Origin: an uncultured Gammaproteobacteria bacterium
GTDB lineage: Bacteria; Pseudomonadota; Gammaproteobacteria; Steroidobacterales; Rariloculaceae
Direction: 5' to 3'
Assembly (NCBI GenBank): GCA_963810755.1
Contig: CAWEOP010000005.1
Coordinates: 6,394 to 70,393, forward strand
Length of the DNA: 64,000 nucleotides
Under the pieces are notes generated by a model, which saw nothing but the letters and a program-made list of their open reading frames with translations, was not told where the DNA came from and searched no databases. This document shows, piece after piece, positions 40,567-51,215 of the stretch (positions are counted from its first letter, which is position 1; the number at the start of each line of letters is the position of its first letter). The position numbers and the translations under genes were made by a program.

Positions 40567-43500
40567 CTAGAAGCTCATCTTCAAACCGATGTACGCGCGA
40601 CGACCGAGGATGTCGTAGTAGTCGGCGTCGCGTGACGTCGGAGTTGCGTGTCGCCACAGCCGGGACGGCGCGCCTCCACGATCACGCGGCTCCTCGTCGA
40701 GCAGGTTGTCGATGCCGCCGCGGAACTCGAGCCGCTCGTTGATCGAGTAGCGCGCGAACAGGCTGAACACCTGATACGAGTCCGCGCCGTAGCTGCGTCG
40801 TCGCCGGGATTGCGCGTCGCGGTCTCGGACCTGATCTCCGGCAGGTAGCGCCACTTCAGACCAAGGCTCGCTTTGCCGCCGCCGAAGTTGTAGCCGAACG
40901 TGCTGTTGAGCTTGTACTTGTACTGGGCACCGTAGTAGGTCGTGCTCAGCGTGTCGCGCACGTCCAGCGCCGGCTCGCCGGCGGCGTCCTGGATCTCGAA
41001 CTCGTCCAGGTAAGTGAGCAAGGCAGTTGATGAAGAACGAGCCCCGCCGTCGCCGATGTCCTTCGTCCAGTTCACCGAGAGGTCGAGGCCGTTCGTCGTC
41101 GAGAGTGCCCGAGTTCAGATACGGCGCGTCCGACCAGCGACCGCTCGCCGGTGTTCACTTCGCGCGTGATGAAATCGCAGTAACCGCCCGGATCGTTCAG
41201 CGAGTACGTCGGGTTGCTCACGCCGTCGGCGTTCAAGCACTTGCCGTACACGAACGTCGAGTCGACCGTCGCGATCGCGTCGGTGATCTCGATGCTGTAG
41301 AAGTCGACCGACGCCGTCAGGTTCTCGAGGCCGCCCGGCGCCGTGAACACGACACCGAACGTCCAGGTCTCCGCCTCTTCGACGCCGAGGTTCGACGTTG
41401 CCGTGCGGCACCTCGTTCTCGAGCTGGAAGAACGGCAGGCCGGGCCGCACGAAGCCGTTCGGGCCCGTCCCGAGGTAGGTCGGCGGCTGACCCAGGTTGT
41501 GTCGAAGGCCGACAGTGCCGTCGTTCGCCGGGTTCGCGTCGCTCCGGTTGATGAGCTGCGGCACAGGCTCTGCACGGCCAGTAGTTCGGATTGGCAGCGG
41601 CGCCCCATTGGTTCGGCGGACGATTACCCCACGACGCCGTCGTCGAGACCTGGCACGGATCGCCGTAGATGAAGTCCGTGACCGTGTTCAAGCGCGAACC
41701 GGCGAACAGCTCCTCGGTGTTCGGCGCGCGGTTGGCGACCTGATAGCCGCCGCGGAAACGCACGCTGTCCGTCGCCGACCAGTCGAACAAGCGTCTTGTA
41801 GGTGCTGACGCCGCCGGCCGTGTCGTAATCCGAGTAGCGGTAGCCGAGCTCGAGGTTCAGCCGCTGGGTCGACCGGAACCAGCAACTCGCCGTAGATCTC
41901 CGAGACCTCGGTCGAGCCGGCCGTGTTGTTCGACACGAACAGGCTCATCGGCTGCTCGACGACCGACACGTTGTCGTTGATCTCGCTCGGGTCGTAGCTG
42001 AACGTGTTCTTGCGCGTGGCTGACGCCCGCGGCGAACCGCAGCTCGCCGGACTTCATGTCGGCGATCTTGCCCTGCAGGTTCGCCTCGACGATGTTCTGG
42101 GTGAGGTCCCAGGTCGGCCGCAGCCTTCGCCTCGATGGCCTCGATGCAGTCCGGGTCCGGATCGACCGTCGAGAACATCGGCAAGCCGGTGTCGCAGGAC
42201 AACGTGTAGTTGCGGCCCGTGGTGAACGTCTGACCCGGCGCCGTGACGCCCCAGTTCGGCTGCGCCACGAGGAACTGATAGCGCTGCAGCGACGGTAGGT
42301 TGTCGTAAGAGCTCGTGATGCTCGTGTCTGCCGGTCGATACGTAGGCTTCCCACGTCCAGTCGCGGTTCGCGAACGAGCCCTCGACGCCCGCCATGACCT
42401 GATACGCGTTGGTCTCGTTCGTCGGCTCGGATCGGGCCCCCATGAAGTCGATGCCGCGGAACAGGTTCCACGGCGTGCTGGCGGCGGACGGGCCCGTCGG
42501 ATCACCCGGCAGCAGAGGGCCGCCGCCGTCCGGATCGAACGTGCGCGAGTCGAGCAGTGCTTGCAGACCCGGCGGCAGCGGCCGCAGGCCGTCGTTCGGG
42601 ATCGGCGCCTGCCATACCGTGATCGCGGGCGAGTAGCCGCCGCGCGTCTTCACGGCGATGTTGCTGTAGGTCGCCTGCGCGAACGCCGTCAGATTGTCGT
42701 TGAGATCGACGTGCGCACGACCGAACACCGAACGGCGCTCGGCCGGCGTGGCTGCGTAATTGGTCATCGGGTTCTGCGCCAGAGTGCCGTTCGGTTGGCG
42801 CCGGACGCCCTCGAAACCGTCGCCGTTGTTCTCGAGGCTCTGCATCGGGCCGGTGTAGTTGCACGCCCGTCAACGTGAACGGCGTACCGTCCGGCTGGAA
42901 GTAGATCTCGTTGTTGTTGCGGACCGTCCCCGGGGCGAAGCCGTACGGCGCGAACAACGCGTCGACGGCCGCCTGCGTCGGCCGATTCGATGCCGGCGGC
43001 GGCCGGCGTGGCGATACCGGCCGGCGACGAGGCCCGGCGAATAACCGGTCGCGTTCAGGAAGCCGCCGGACTCGTTGCTCGGATCGGCCCAGCCGTTGAC
43101 GAAGAACTCGCGATCCTGCTGGTAGCACCGCTTCGCGCTGGTACCACTCGACACCGAGCATCACGTTGCTGTTGCCGCTCTCGCCGTTGACGCCGAGCAA
43201 GGTCGAGAAGCGCGTCTCCTCGCCGTCACCCTCCTGCGTCATGCCGGTCTGGAGGTCCATGTCGACGCCTTCGAAGTCTTTCTTCAGCACGAAGTTGACG
43301 ACGCCCGCGAGAGCGTCGGCGCCGTACACGGCGGAAGCGCCGCCCGTGATCGTCTCGACGCGCTCGATCGCGGCCGACGGGATCGTGTTCAAGTCGACGA
43401 CGAGCGAAGCGTTCGCCGGCTGCGCGCGGCGGCCGTCGACGAGCACGAGGGTGCGGTTCGGCGCCGATGCCGCGCAGGTTCACGCTCGCGATACCGAGCG

Positions 43501-43810
43501 TCACGGCGCCCGAGGACGGCTGTATGCCGGAATCGAACTGCGTGCCCTCGGGCACGAACTGCGGCATTTGGTTCAGCACGCTCTCGATGCTGATCGTGCT
43601 CGAGTTCTCGAGCCGTTGCGCATCGACCGTCACGATCGGGCTCGAGGCGTCGAGGTCGCGGCGCACGATGCGCGAACCCGTGACGAGGATTTCCTCGGTC
43701 GGATCCTGCGCCTGCGCCTTCATCGCTTGCGAGGCCATCAGCGTCGAGATCGTCGACGCGAGCACGGTGAGTTGTTGTCGGTTCGGCGTCCCCAACTTGG
43801 CTGTCAGCAT
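40567..43810 (-). CDS. TonB-dependent receptor, paralogue of 33428-36623 (many indels)
   Basis: EEILVTGSRI, DLNTIPSAAIERVETITGGASAVYGADA, RAPNTEEL, C-terminal YDILGRRAYIGLKMSF, spread over many frames. Confidence 0.88.
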
Positions 43811-44068
43811 GGTTTTCCCCCGGGAAATACTTTTGGCGAAAAATGCGATCTGATACTTCTGCAACAACGAAAGCTCTGTTGCAGAAAAGACTTTCGATTG
43901 CACCCCTGTAACGCGCCCGCTGGTGTTCAGGGAGCTCGTCACCCGCGAGTCTGCATCACGCTTGGGGATCAAACTAGGTATCCGCTGTTGATAGCATCCG
44001 CAGTGCTACCGTTGCGAGTTCGCAACGTCGGAATTTTTATGTGCGTAAAATCGAACCGAACGTTTCGG

Positions 44069-45145
44069 TCAGCCCACGTTCTCCGCGCGCGCATTGAGCG
44101 CCACGCGGCTCCGGAAGAATTGCGAGACGATCCATTTCTCGCCGCGCGTCGGCGGCAGACCGGCGTGCACCATTCGCACGTCGGGTTTGCCGTTCGGCAA
44201 AGCGTTCGTGAAGAACAATCCGCCGCGACGACGGCCTCTGTGGCGCACGCCGATGCGCGGGAAATCCGTCTCGCCGCCGTCGTAGTCGTCGTTCAAATAA
44301 AGCAGGAACGTGATGATCCGCTCGCCGCGCTCGTGGATGAGGCGCTCGTAGTCCGCGATCCCTGGATTCAAGAAGTCGACGTGATTCGTGATTTGCTCGC
44401 CGACGGCGTAGTGCAGGATCGTGGGCCCCTCGGCGTTCTGCACGGGCACTCCGCACGTGACGGCCATTCGGTGCTGCAGCACGACCTGCACGACGTCGAG
44501 ATCCGCGAGATCGAAGCCGACGATGCTGTTGCTTGCGCATGTGATCCGCGACCGTACCCCCTTGCGCGGAATCGTAGATCAAGGCCCGGCGTAGCCTGCC
44601 CGGGCCCGGCTTTGGAGCCAGTCGCAGACGGGATCCGTCGCGAGCTCCGCGAAGCCGCGCACGAGCGGGCGATCGTGCAACGTATCGCCGGCCGGCGCCG
44701 CAACCCATCTGCGCACGTCGACACTCTCGGCGAGCCGCCGCCAATCCGCCGTACCGGCGGGCTTCGGGCTATACGCACCGGCGGGCTCGCCACCCGACGC
44801 GCCGAGCGCGAGCAGCTGCCCCTGCGCCTGCTCGGAGCCGCGCTCAGCCGCGTAGACGAGCATGCCGAGCGCGTCGCCCCAGCTCTGCGGGACATGGAGA
44901 CCGAGCGCGGCGAGCGGTGCGACCCGCAGCGCCGCTTCCGCGTGACCCGCCTTCAGCGCGTCGAGCAGCAGGGAAACCGCGTCCTTCGGCAGACAAGGCG
45001 CGCGGTCGCCCACGAGCAACCGTAGCCCAAGCGCGACGGTCGCATCGAGGTCGCCGCGCTGCGTCGCGCGCGCGAGCTCGTCGACGGCCTCGTCGTGCCG
45101 GCCTGCCGCGTCGTGCTCGGCCGCGAGCGTGAGCCCGTTGCTCAT
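44069..45145 (-). CDS. Prolyl-4-hydroxylase-like 2OG-Fe(II) oxygenase with N-terminal Sel1-like helices; frameshifted
   Basis: LHYAVGEQITNHVD (HxD), R.ITFLLYLN...GGET.FP, HAG.P...GEKW; alternative start at 45187. Confidence 0.82.
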
Positions 45146-45292
45146 GTGCACGCGGCCGGCGATGGGTTCTTCAGAGGATGCGGTCATCGTTCGCGAGCCC
45201 GCCGAGCGGGCGAGGTGAAAGCACCAAACGGAGTGGCGCGAAACGCCAGGCAGCATAGACTCGACTCGAAGCTTTTTCCACGGCGGAGGGAC

Positions 45293-45985
45293 ATGTTGGA
45301 AGCCATCGACTGGGGTCACGCCGCGAGCGAGCTCGACCTGCGCGGCTACACGGTGCTGGAACGGCTCGTCTCGCCCGCGGAATGTGCGACGCTCACGGCG
45401 CTCTATGGCGACGACGACCGTTTCCGTAGCCGGATCGTGATGCAGCGCCACAACTTCGGCCGCGGCGAGTACAAGTACTTCGCCTATCCGCTGCCGGACC
45501 TCGTCGCCGAGCTTCGCACCGCGCTGTACCGGCCGCTCGCGGTGGTCGCGAACCGCTGGAACGCTACGCTCGGCATCAGCGCGCGTTTCCCGGACGAGCA
45601 CGAGGCGTTCATCGCGCGTTGTCACGCGGCGGGGCAGGTTCGTCCGACTCCTCTGCTGCTGCGTTACGACGAGGGCGACTACAACTGCCTGCATCAAGAC
45701 CTCTACGGCGAGCATGTCTTCCCGTTGCAGCTCACGATCCTGTTGTCGGAGCCCGCGCGAGAGTTCACCGGCGGCGAGTTCGTGCTGACGGAGCAACGGC
45801 CGCGGATGCAGTCGCGCGCGGAGGTGGTTCCGCTGCGCCAAGGTGACGCCGTCGTGTTCGCGGTCCGGCATCGGCCGGTCGCGGGCACGCGCGGCGCCTA
45901 TCGCGTGACGACGCGCCACGGCGTGAGCCGAGTGCGGTCGGGGCAGCGCGTCACGGCCGGTATCGTGTTTCACGACGCGACGTAG
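45293..45985 (+). CDS. 2OG-Fe(II) oxygenase, DUF2086/Oxygenase-NA-like
   Basis: GGAGG RBS; FGRGEYKYF, PTPLLLRY...YNCLHQDLYGEHVFPLQ, EQRPRMQSR, RHGVS, GIVFHDA. Confidence 0.85.
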   Translation: MLEAIDWGHAASELDLRGYTVLERLVSPAECATLTALYGDDDRFRSRIVMQRHNFGRGEYKYFAYPLPDLVAELRTALYRPLAVVANRWNATLGISARFPDEHEAFIARCHAAGQVRPTPLLLRYDEGDYNCLHQDLYGEHVFPLQLTILLSEPAREFTGGEFVLTEQRPRMQSRAEVVPLRQGDAVVFAVRHRPVAGTRGAYRVTTRHGVSRVRSGQRVTAGIVFHDAT

Positions 45986-46094
45986 CGCCTCGTTTGCGTC
46001 GATCGAACAGCGGCCGGACGCCGGGGCGCATTGCCTGCGTCGAGGTGCGGCGCTAGGCTACTGTCTGCGTTGGCTTTTCTCGGCCGATCATCCG

Positions 46095-47624
46095 ATGGGA
46101 CATACGCGAACCTGCCTGCTCTGCTGTCTCGCGCTCCTGCTCGGCGCCACCGGGCGAGTTGCGGCTGCCGAAAACCTGGCCGACTTGATCCAGTCGGGCA
46201 ACCGAAGCGCGGCGCTCGAAGCGATTCGCGCGGGCGTCGACGTGAACGCGGCCCAAGGCGACGGCACGACGCCGCTGCACTGGGCCGTTTATAAGGTGGA
46301 CTCGGAGCTCGTTGCGCAGCTGCTCAAGCGCGGCGCCACAGCGAACGTCGTCAACAAGTACGGCTCGAGCCCGCTCGCCGAGGCCGTGAAGCTCGGCGAC
46401 GCGAAGGTCGTCGACCAGCTGCTCGACGCGGGCGCGGACGTCGAGTCGCCGAACGAAGACGGCCAGACGGCGCTGATGCTCGCGGCTCGCGCGGGCGCGC
46501 TCGACGTCGCGACGACGCTCGTCGAGCACGGCGCGAACGTGAACGCGGCGGAGTCTTGGCGCGGCCAGACTCCGCTCATGTGGGCCGCCGACGGCAATTT
46601 TCCCGACCTCGCGCTGCTCTTGATCTCGAAAGGCGCGGACGTGCGCGTTCGCGCGGCCGCGAACGACTGGCAGGCGCAAATCACCTCCGAGCCGCGCGCG
46701 CAGTACCGCCCGACCGGCGGGCTCACCCCCCTGCTCTACGCCGCGCGTTCCGGCTGCAGCCGCTGCGTGCGTGCAATGCTCGAAGCCGGCGCCGACGTCA
46801 ATCAGCCGAATCCCGACGGCATCACGCCGCTGATGGTCGCCATCGACAATTTCCACTACGACACCGCGCGCCTCTTGCTCGATCAGGGCGCGAATCCACA
46901 CGTCTGGGATTGGTGGGGCCGCACGGCGCTGTACGTCGCCGTCGACATGAGCACCTACAACGTCCGCGGACCGCAGACGGTTGCGTCCGAGACGTCGGCC
47001 GGGGACGTGATCCGGCTCTTGCTCGACGCCGGTGTGAATCCGAATCCGCAGCTGAACATGCATCGCCCGGGCCGCGGCGGCAACAGCAGCCGCTTCGTGG
47101 ACGACTTGCTCACGACGGGCGCCACTCCGCTGCTGCGCGCCGCGATCGGCCACGACGCGGCAGCCGTGCGCGCGCTGCTCGAGCACGGCGCGCTCGTCGA
47201 TCTTCCGAACGTGATGGGCGTGACGCCGCTCATGGGCGCCGCGGGCGTCGGCGTCTCGCAGCGCGACCGGCGTCTCAACCTCGATAGCGACGTTCAGACG
47301 CGGGCGCTCGCGACGCTCGAGGTATTGATCGCGGCCGGTGCGGACGTGAACGCGCGGATCATGGACATCGACGGCCGGACCGCACGCATCGCGCGTATCA
47401 GCACGATGACGGAGCGCAACGGACAGACTGCGCTGTACGGCGCGGTGAAGTTCGGCTGGACGCGGGTCGTGCAATTCCTGCTCGAGCACGGGGCGAAGAC
47501 CGATATCGTCGACGCGCTCGGCAAGTCGCCGCTCAACGCGGCGCTGGGTCAGACGGGCGGCCGCGACAATACCGTGTCGCAAGAGATCGCGGATCTCATT
47601 CGGAAAGCCGGCAACGGCGCCTGA
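46095..47624 (+). CDS. Secreted ankyrin-repeat protein
   Basis: Signal peptide; GDGTTPLHWAV, GQTALMLAA, GLTPLLYAA and further repeats; related to 15120-16733. Confidence 0.9.
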   Translation: MGHTRTCLLCCLALLLGATGRVAAAENLADLIQSGNRSAALEAIRAGVDVNAAQGDGTTPLHWAVYKVDSELVAQLLKRGATANVVNKYGSSPLAEAVKLGDAKVVDQLLDAGADVESPNEDGQTALMLAARAGALDVATTLVEHGANVNAAESWRGQTPLMWAADGNFPDLALLLISKGADVRVRAAANDWQAQITSEPRAQYRPTGGLTPLLYAARSGCSRCVRAMLEAGADVNQPNPDGITPLMVAIDNFHYDTARLLLDQGANPHVWDWWGRTALYVAVDMSTYNVRGPQTVASETSAGDVIRLLLDAGVNPNPQLNMHRPGRGGNSSRFVDDLLTTGATPLLRAAIGHDAAAVRALLEHGALVDLPNVMGVTPLMGAAGVGVSQRDRRLNLDSDVQTRALATLEVLIAAGADVNARIMDIDGRTARIARISTMTERNGQTALYGAVKFGWTRVVQFLLEHGAKTDIVDALGKSPLNAALGQTGGRDNTVSQEIADLIRKAGNGA

Positions 47625-47641
47625 GACCGGCCGGCGCCGTC

Positions 47642-48577
47642 ATGCGCATCACGCGACGAAAGCTTCTCGGCTACCCCGTCGCCTGCGGCGCCGCCTCGCT
47701 CACGCTCGGCGCGCGTAGCCGCTGGTCGCACGCCGCCGCGCCGACTTCGGCCGGCATCCAGCTCTGGTCCGTCCGGCAAGCGCTGCAATCGGACGTCGCT
47801 GGCACGCTGCGCAAGCTCCGTGCGATCGGATTCACGGAGGTCGAACCGGCGGGGTTCGCCGGCCTGTCCGCTGCGCAGTTCCGCAAGCGGCTCGACGACG
47901 CGGAGCTCGTCGCACCTAGCGCGCATTTGCCGCTCGATGGGGACGATCTCGAAACCGCGTTCGCGGATGCACACGCGCTCGGCGCTCGCTATGCAGTGAG
48001 CGCGACGCTGCGACCCGGAACCGGCGCTCCCTTCCCCGAGGCCGCTCCCGCGGGCGCCGCCGACGCTCCACGTGCGCCGCCGCTTCCCGCAATGACGCTC
48101 GACGACGCGAAGCGGACCGCTGACCTCGCTAACCGTGTCGGCGAGAAGGCCAAGCGCGCCGGACTGCTGTACGCGTACCACAACCATCACTTCGAGCTCG
48201 CTCGGGAAGGCGGCGTGCTCGCGTACGACGAGCTGTTGCGTCGAACCGATCCCGAGCTCGTGAAGTTCGAGATGGACTGCGGCTGGATGGTCATCGGCGG
48301 GCTGGATCCGGCCCCCTACTTCGAAACGCATCCCAAGCGTTTCCCACTGATCCACGTGAAGGACTTTCCGCCGCTACCGACCGAGCCCACCAAGCCGGAC
48401 GGGCGCGCCGGTGCGGAGCTCGGCCGCGGCACGATCGACTATCGGCCGATCCTCGCCGCCGCAAAGGCGAACGGCCTCGAGCATTTGTTCGCCGAGCAGG
48501 AGGGCCCGTTCACGCGGATGACCCCGCTCGAAGCCGCCGAGGTCGCCCACGATTATCTAAGCCGCGTGAGCCCCTGA
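47642..48577 (+). CDS. Tat-exported sugar-phosphate isomerase/epimerase-like TIM barrel
   Basis: TRRKLL; GIQLWSVR, YHNHHFE, FEMDCGW, HVKD, EQE. Confidence 0.85.
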   Translation: MRITRRKLLGYPVACGAASLTLGARSRWSHAAAPTSAGIQLWSVRQALQSDVAGTLRKLRAIGFTEVEPAGFAGLSAAQFRKRLDDAELVAPSAHLPLDGDDLETAFADAHALGARYAVSATLRPGTGAPFPEAAPAGAADAPRAPPLPAMTLDDAKRTADLANRVGEKAKRAGLLYAYHNHHFELAREGGVLAYDELLRRTDPELVKFEMDCGWMVIGGLDPAPYFETHPKRFPLIHVKDFPPLPTEPTKPDGRAGAELGRGTIDYRPILAAAKANGLEHLFAEQEGPFTRMTPLEAAEVAHDYLSRVSP

Positions 48578-48768
48578 GCCGAGGGCTATTGCGGCGGAGC
48601 CGCAACGCTAAGCCGCGGCTCGAAAGCCCCGTCAGCCGGTCCACCCCCATCGCGCCCACGGCCGTGGATAGTGGTCTGCGTCGCATTTTTCGCCCTTCGG
48701 CGCTTCAGTTTCATGCGCAATGACCGATAGCGGTTGGCGTAGGTACGCAAGCAAACGGGGCGGCGGTC

Positions 48769-49077
48769 ATGAAGGCGTTGTTAATAGTCGGCGTTGCAAG
48801 CCTGGCTTCGTTCTCGGCGTGGGCGAGCTGCACTGCGCCCCCGGCGCCGCCCTCCCCGCCGAGCGGGGCGGCCGCGACGCGCGTCGAGATGCTCGCGGCG
48901 CAGACGGCGATCAAGGACTACAACGCCGCCGTGGTCAATTACACGGAATGCGTGAGGAAGAGCGCCAATCCGGCCGAGGCCGAAAGGGCCAGCGATATCG
49001 TCGAGCAGCTGGAAAAGCTCGCGGAGCGGTTCAACGCGGAGCTGCGCGCATTCAAACAGAAAAACGGTGCCCAATGA
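48769..49077 (+). CDS. Small secreted helical protein coupled to wspA
   Basis: Signal peptide AWA, two Cys, Pro-rich linker; TGA overlaps the wspA ATG. Confidence 0.7.
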   Translation: MKALLIVGVASLASFSAWASCTAPPAPPSPPSGAAATRVEMLAAQTAIKDYNAAVVNYTECVRKSANPAEAERASDIVEQLEKLAERFNAELRAFKQKNGAQ

Positions 49078-50714
49078 GCCTCAACGTGGTCAAGGACTGG
49101 ACGATCCGCCGCCGTATTCTCACGAGCTTCGCCGTCGTGCTCGGATTGATGGTCGTGATGGGCCTCGTCGCGCTGCGCGATCTCGACAACATCGATCAGC
49201 GCTCGCAGAACGCCGCAACCACCTCCGTTCCGGGGCTCTACTACAGCACGGAGGTCAAGAGCGAGCTGATCGTCAACTATTCGCTCACGGCCGAGTACAT
49301 GGGCCAGACCGACGTGCTGCGGCTCGACACCATCGAAAGGGAGCTCAGCGCGAACAGCGAGCGTTGGGAAAAGTCGATCGGCAACTATGAGGTCCTGCCC
49401 GCGACCGCCGACGATCGCGAAAAGTTCGCGGACTTCGAATCGATCCGCTCGGCGTACGTCGACACGCAGCGCGAGATCCTCAAACGCAGCTCCGAGCTCG
49501 ACACCGAGGGCGCCAACAAGCTTTGGCGCGAGCAGCTGAGCCCGCAGTTCGAGAAGGCGCGCGCCTCGATCCAGGTGATCGTCGACGACAAGAAGGCCTC
49601 CGCCGACGCCTCGATGGTTGCGATTTCCGGCGAGCTCACGAACGCTCAAATCGTGATGCTCGCGAGCTTCCTCGCAGCCGTCGCGCTCACGTTCGTTTGC
49701 GCGTACTACCTCCTGAAGGCGATCACCCATCCGCTCGACCAGCTGATGGAGATCGTCGAGGTGATGCGCAGCGGCGACTTCTCGAAGCGCCTCAAGCTCG
49801 AGCGCGAGGACGAATTCCACGCGCTCGCCGTCGGCTGCAATCGCATGGCGGACGAGCTCACTGCGCTCGTGTCCGAGGTGCAGCAATCGAGCTCCAGGGT
49901 CAGCACGTCCGTCAGCGAGATCGCGGCCACCGCGAAGCAGCAGCAAGCGACCGCGGGCGAGATCGCCTCGACGACGATCGAAATCGGGGCGACTTCGAAA
50001 GAGATCTCCGCGACCTCGAAAGAGCTCGTGAAGACGATGAACGAAGTCGCGACGGTCGCCGAGCAGTCCGCCGCGCTCGCGGGCGTCGGCCAGGCCGGGC
50101 TCGCGCACATGGAAGAGACGATGCGTCAAGTCATGGAAGCGGCCGGCTCGATCAACGCGAAGCTCGCGGTGCTCAACGAGAAGGCGGCCAACATCAATCA
50201 GGTCGTCACCACGATCACGAAGGTCGCGGACCAGACCAACCTGCTGTCGCTCAACGCGGCGATCGAGGCCGAGAAAGCGGGCGAGCATGGCCGCGGATTC
50301 GCCGTCGTCGCGACGGAGATCCGCCGGCTCGCGGACCAGACCGCGGTCGCCACCTACGACATCGAGCAGATGGTGAAGCACATCCAGTCGGCGGTCGCCG
50401 CGGGCGTGATGGGCATGGACAAGTTCTCGGAAGAGGTGCGGCGCGGCATGCAGGAAGTGCAGCAGGTCGGCGGCCAGCTGTCGCAGATCATTCATCAGGT
50501 GCAGGCGCTCGCGCCGCGCGTCGAGTCGGTGAACGAAGGCATGCAGGCGCAGGCGACCGGCGCGGAGCAGATCAGCCACGCGCTTTCGCAGCTCACGGAA
50601 GCGGCGCAGCAGACCGCCGAATCGCTGAGCCAGTCGACGCATGCGATCGGCGACCTCGACGAGGTCTCGAACGGCCTGCGCAACGGCGTGCTGCGATTCA
50701 AGCTCGCGTCCTGA
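49074..50714 (+). CDS. wspA: Methyl-accepting chemotaxis protein, WspA-like
   Basis: TM-periplasmic four-helix domain-TM-HAMP; [37 protein letters not shown]. Confidence 0.9.
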   Translation: MSLNVVKDWTIRRRILTSFAVVLGLMVVMGLVALRDLDNIDQRSQNAATTSVPGLYYSTEVKSELIVNYSLTAEYMGQTDVLRLDTIERELSANSERWEKSIGNYEVLPATADDREKFADFESIRSAYVDTQREILKRSSELDTEGANKLWREQLSPQFEKARASIQVIVDDKKASADASMVAISGELTNAQIVMLASFLAAVALTFVCAYYLLKAITHPLDQLMEIVEVMRSGDFSKRLKLEREDEFHALAVGCNRMADELTALVSEVQQSSSRVSTSVSEIAATAKQQQATAGEIASTTIEIGATSKEISATSKELVKTMNEVATVAEQSAALAGVGQAGLAHMEETMRQVMEAAGSINAKLAVLNEKAANINQVVTTITKVADQTNLLSLNAAIEAEKAGEHGRGFAVVATEIRRLADQTAVATYDIEQMVKHIQSAVAAGVMGMDKFSEEVRRGMQEVQQVGGQLSQIIHQVQALAPRVESVNEGMQAQATGAEQISHALSQLTEAAQQTAESLSQSTHAIGDLDEVSNGLRNGVLRFKLAS

Positions 50715-50755
50715 AGCCTAAGCGTGCGCTAGTCCAGCCTCCTTGGAGCTGCAAG

Positions 50756-51215
50756 ATGCTGTTCCTTCTGATGCAGCTCGACGGGGACCGCTACGCGGTC
50801 GACATCGCCCAAGTCGCCGAGGTCTTGCCGCTCGTCACGTTGAGAGCCGTGCCTCGCGCGCCGCTCGGCCTCGCGGGAATCGTCGACTACGGCGGCTCGC
50901 CTGTTCCCGTGATCGATCTGTCCCAGCTGCTCGCGAATCGCCCGGCGAATCGGCGCTTGAACACGCGCCTCGTGATCGTCCACTACACCGCCGGCGAGCG
51001 TAAGCACTTGCTCGGGCTCATCGCGGAGCGCGCGACTGAAACGATGAGGCGCGATCCAAAGGACTTTCAGGACTCCGGCGTCACGTCCGACTCGCCGCCG
51101 CACCTCGGCCCCGTGGCGCTCGACGCGGCCGGGCCCGTGCACTGGGTCGACGTCGACCGGCTGCTGCCCGACGCTGCTCGCGGATTCGTTGTTCCAGCCA
51201 GCGGTGAACGCGTGA
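50756..51215 (+). CDS. wspB: CheW-like scaffold, WspB-like (indel near the 3' end)
   Basis: MLFLL..LDGDRYA, V.EVLP, YGGSPVPVIDL, LGLIAE.ATET. Confidence 0.85.

Noticed and set aside
40567-43810. Programmed frameshifting or phase variation in the TBDR
   Set aside because: Breaks are numerous and not at slippery heptamers or long homopolymers; sequencing error is simpler.
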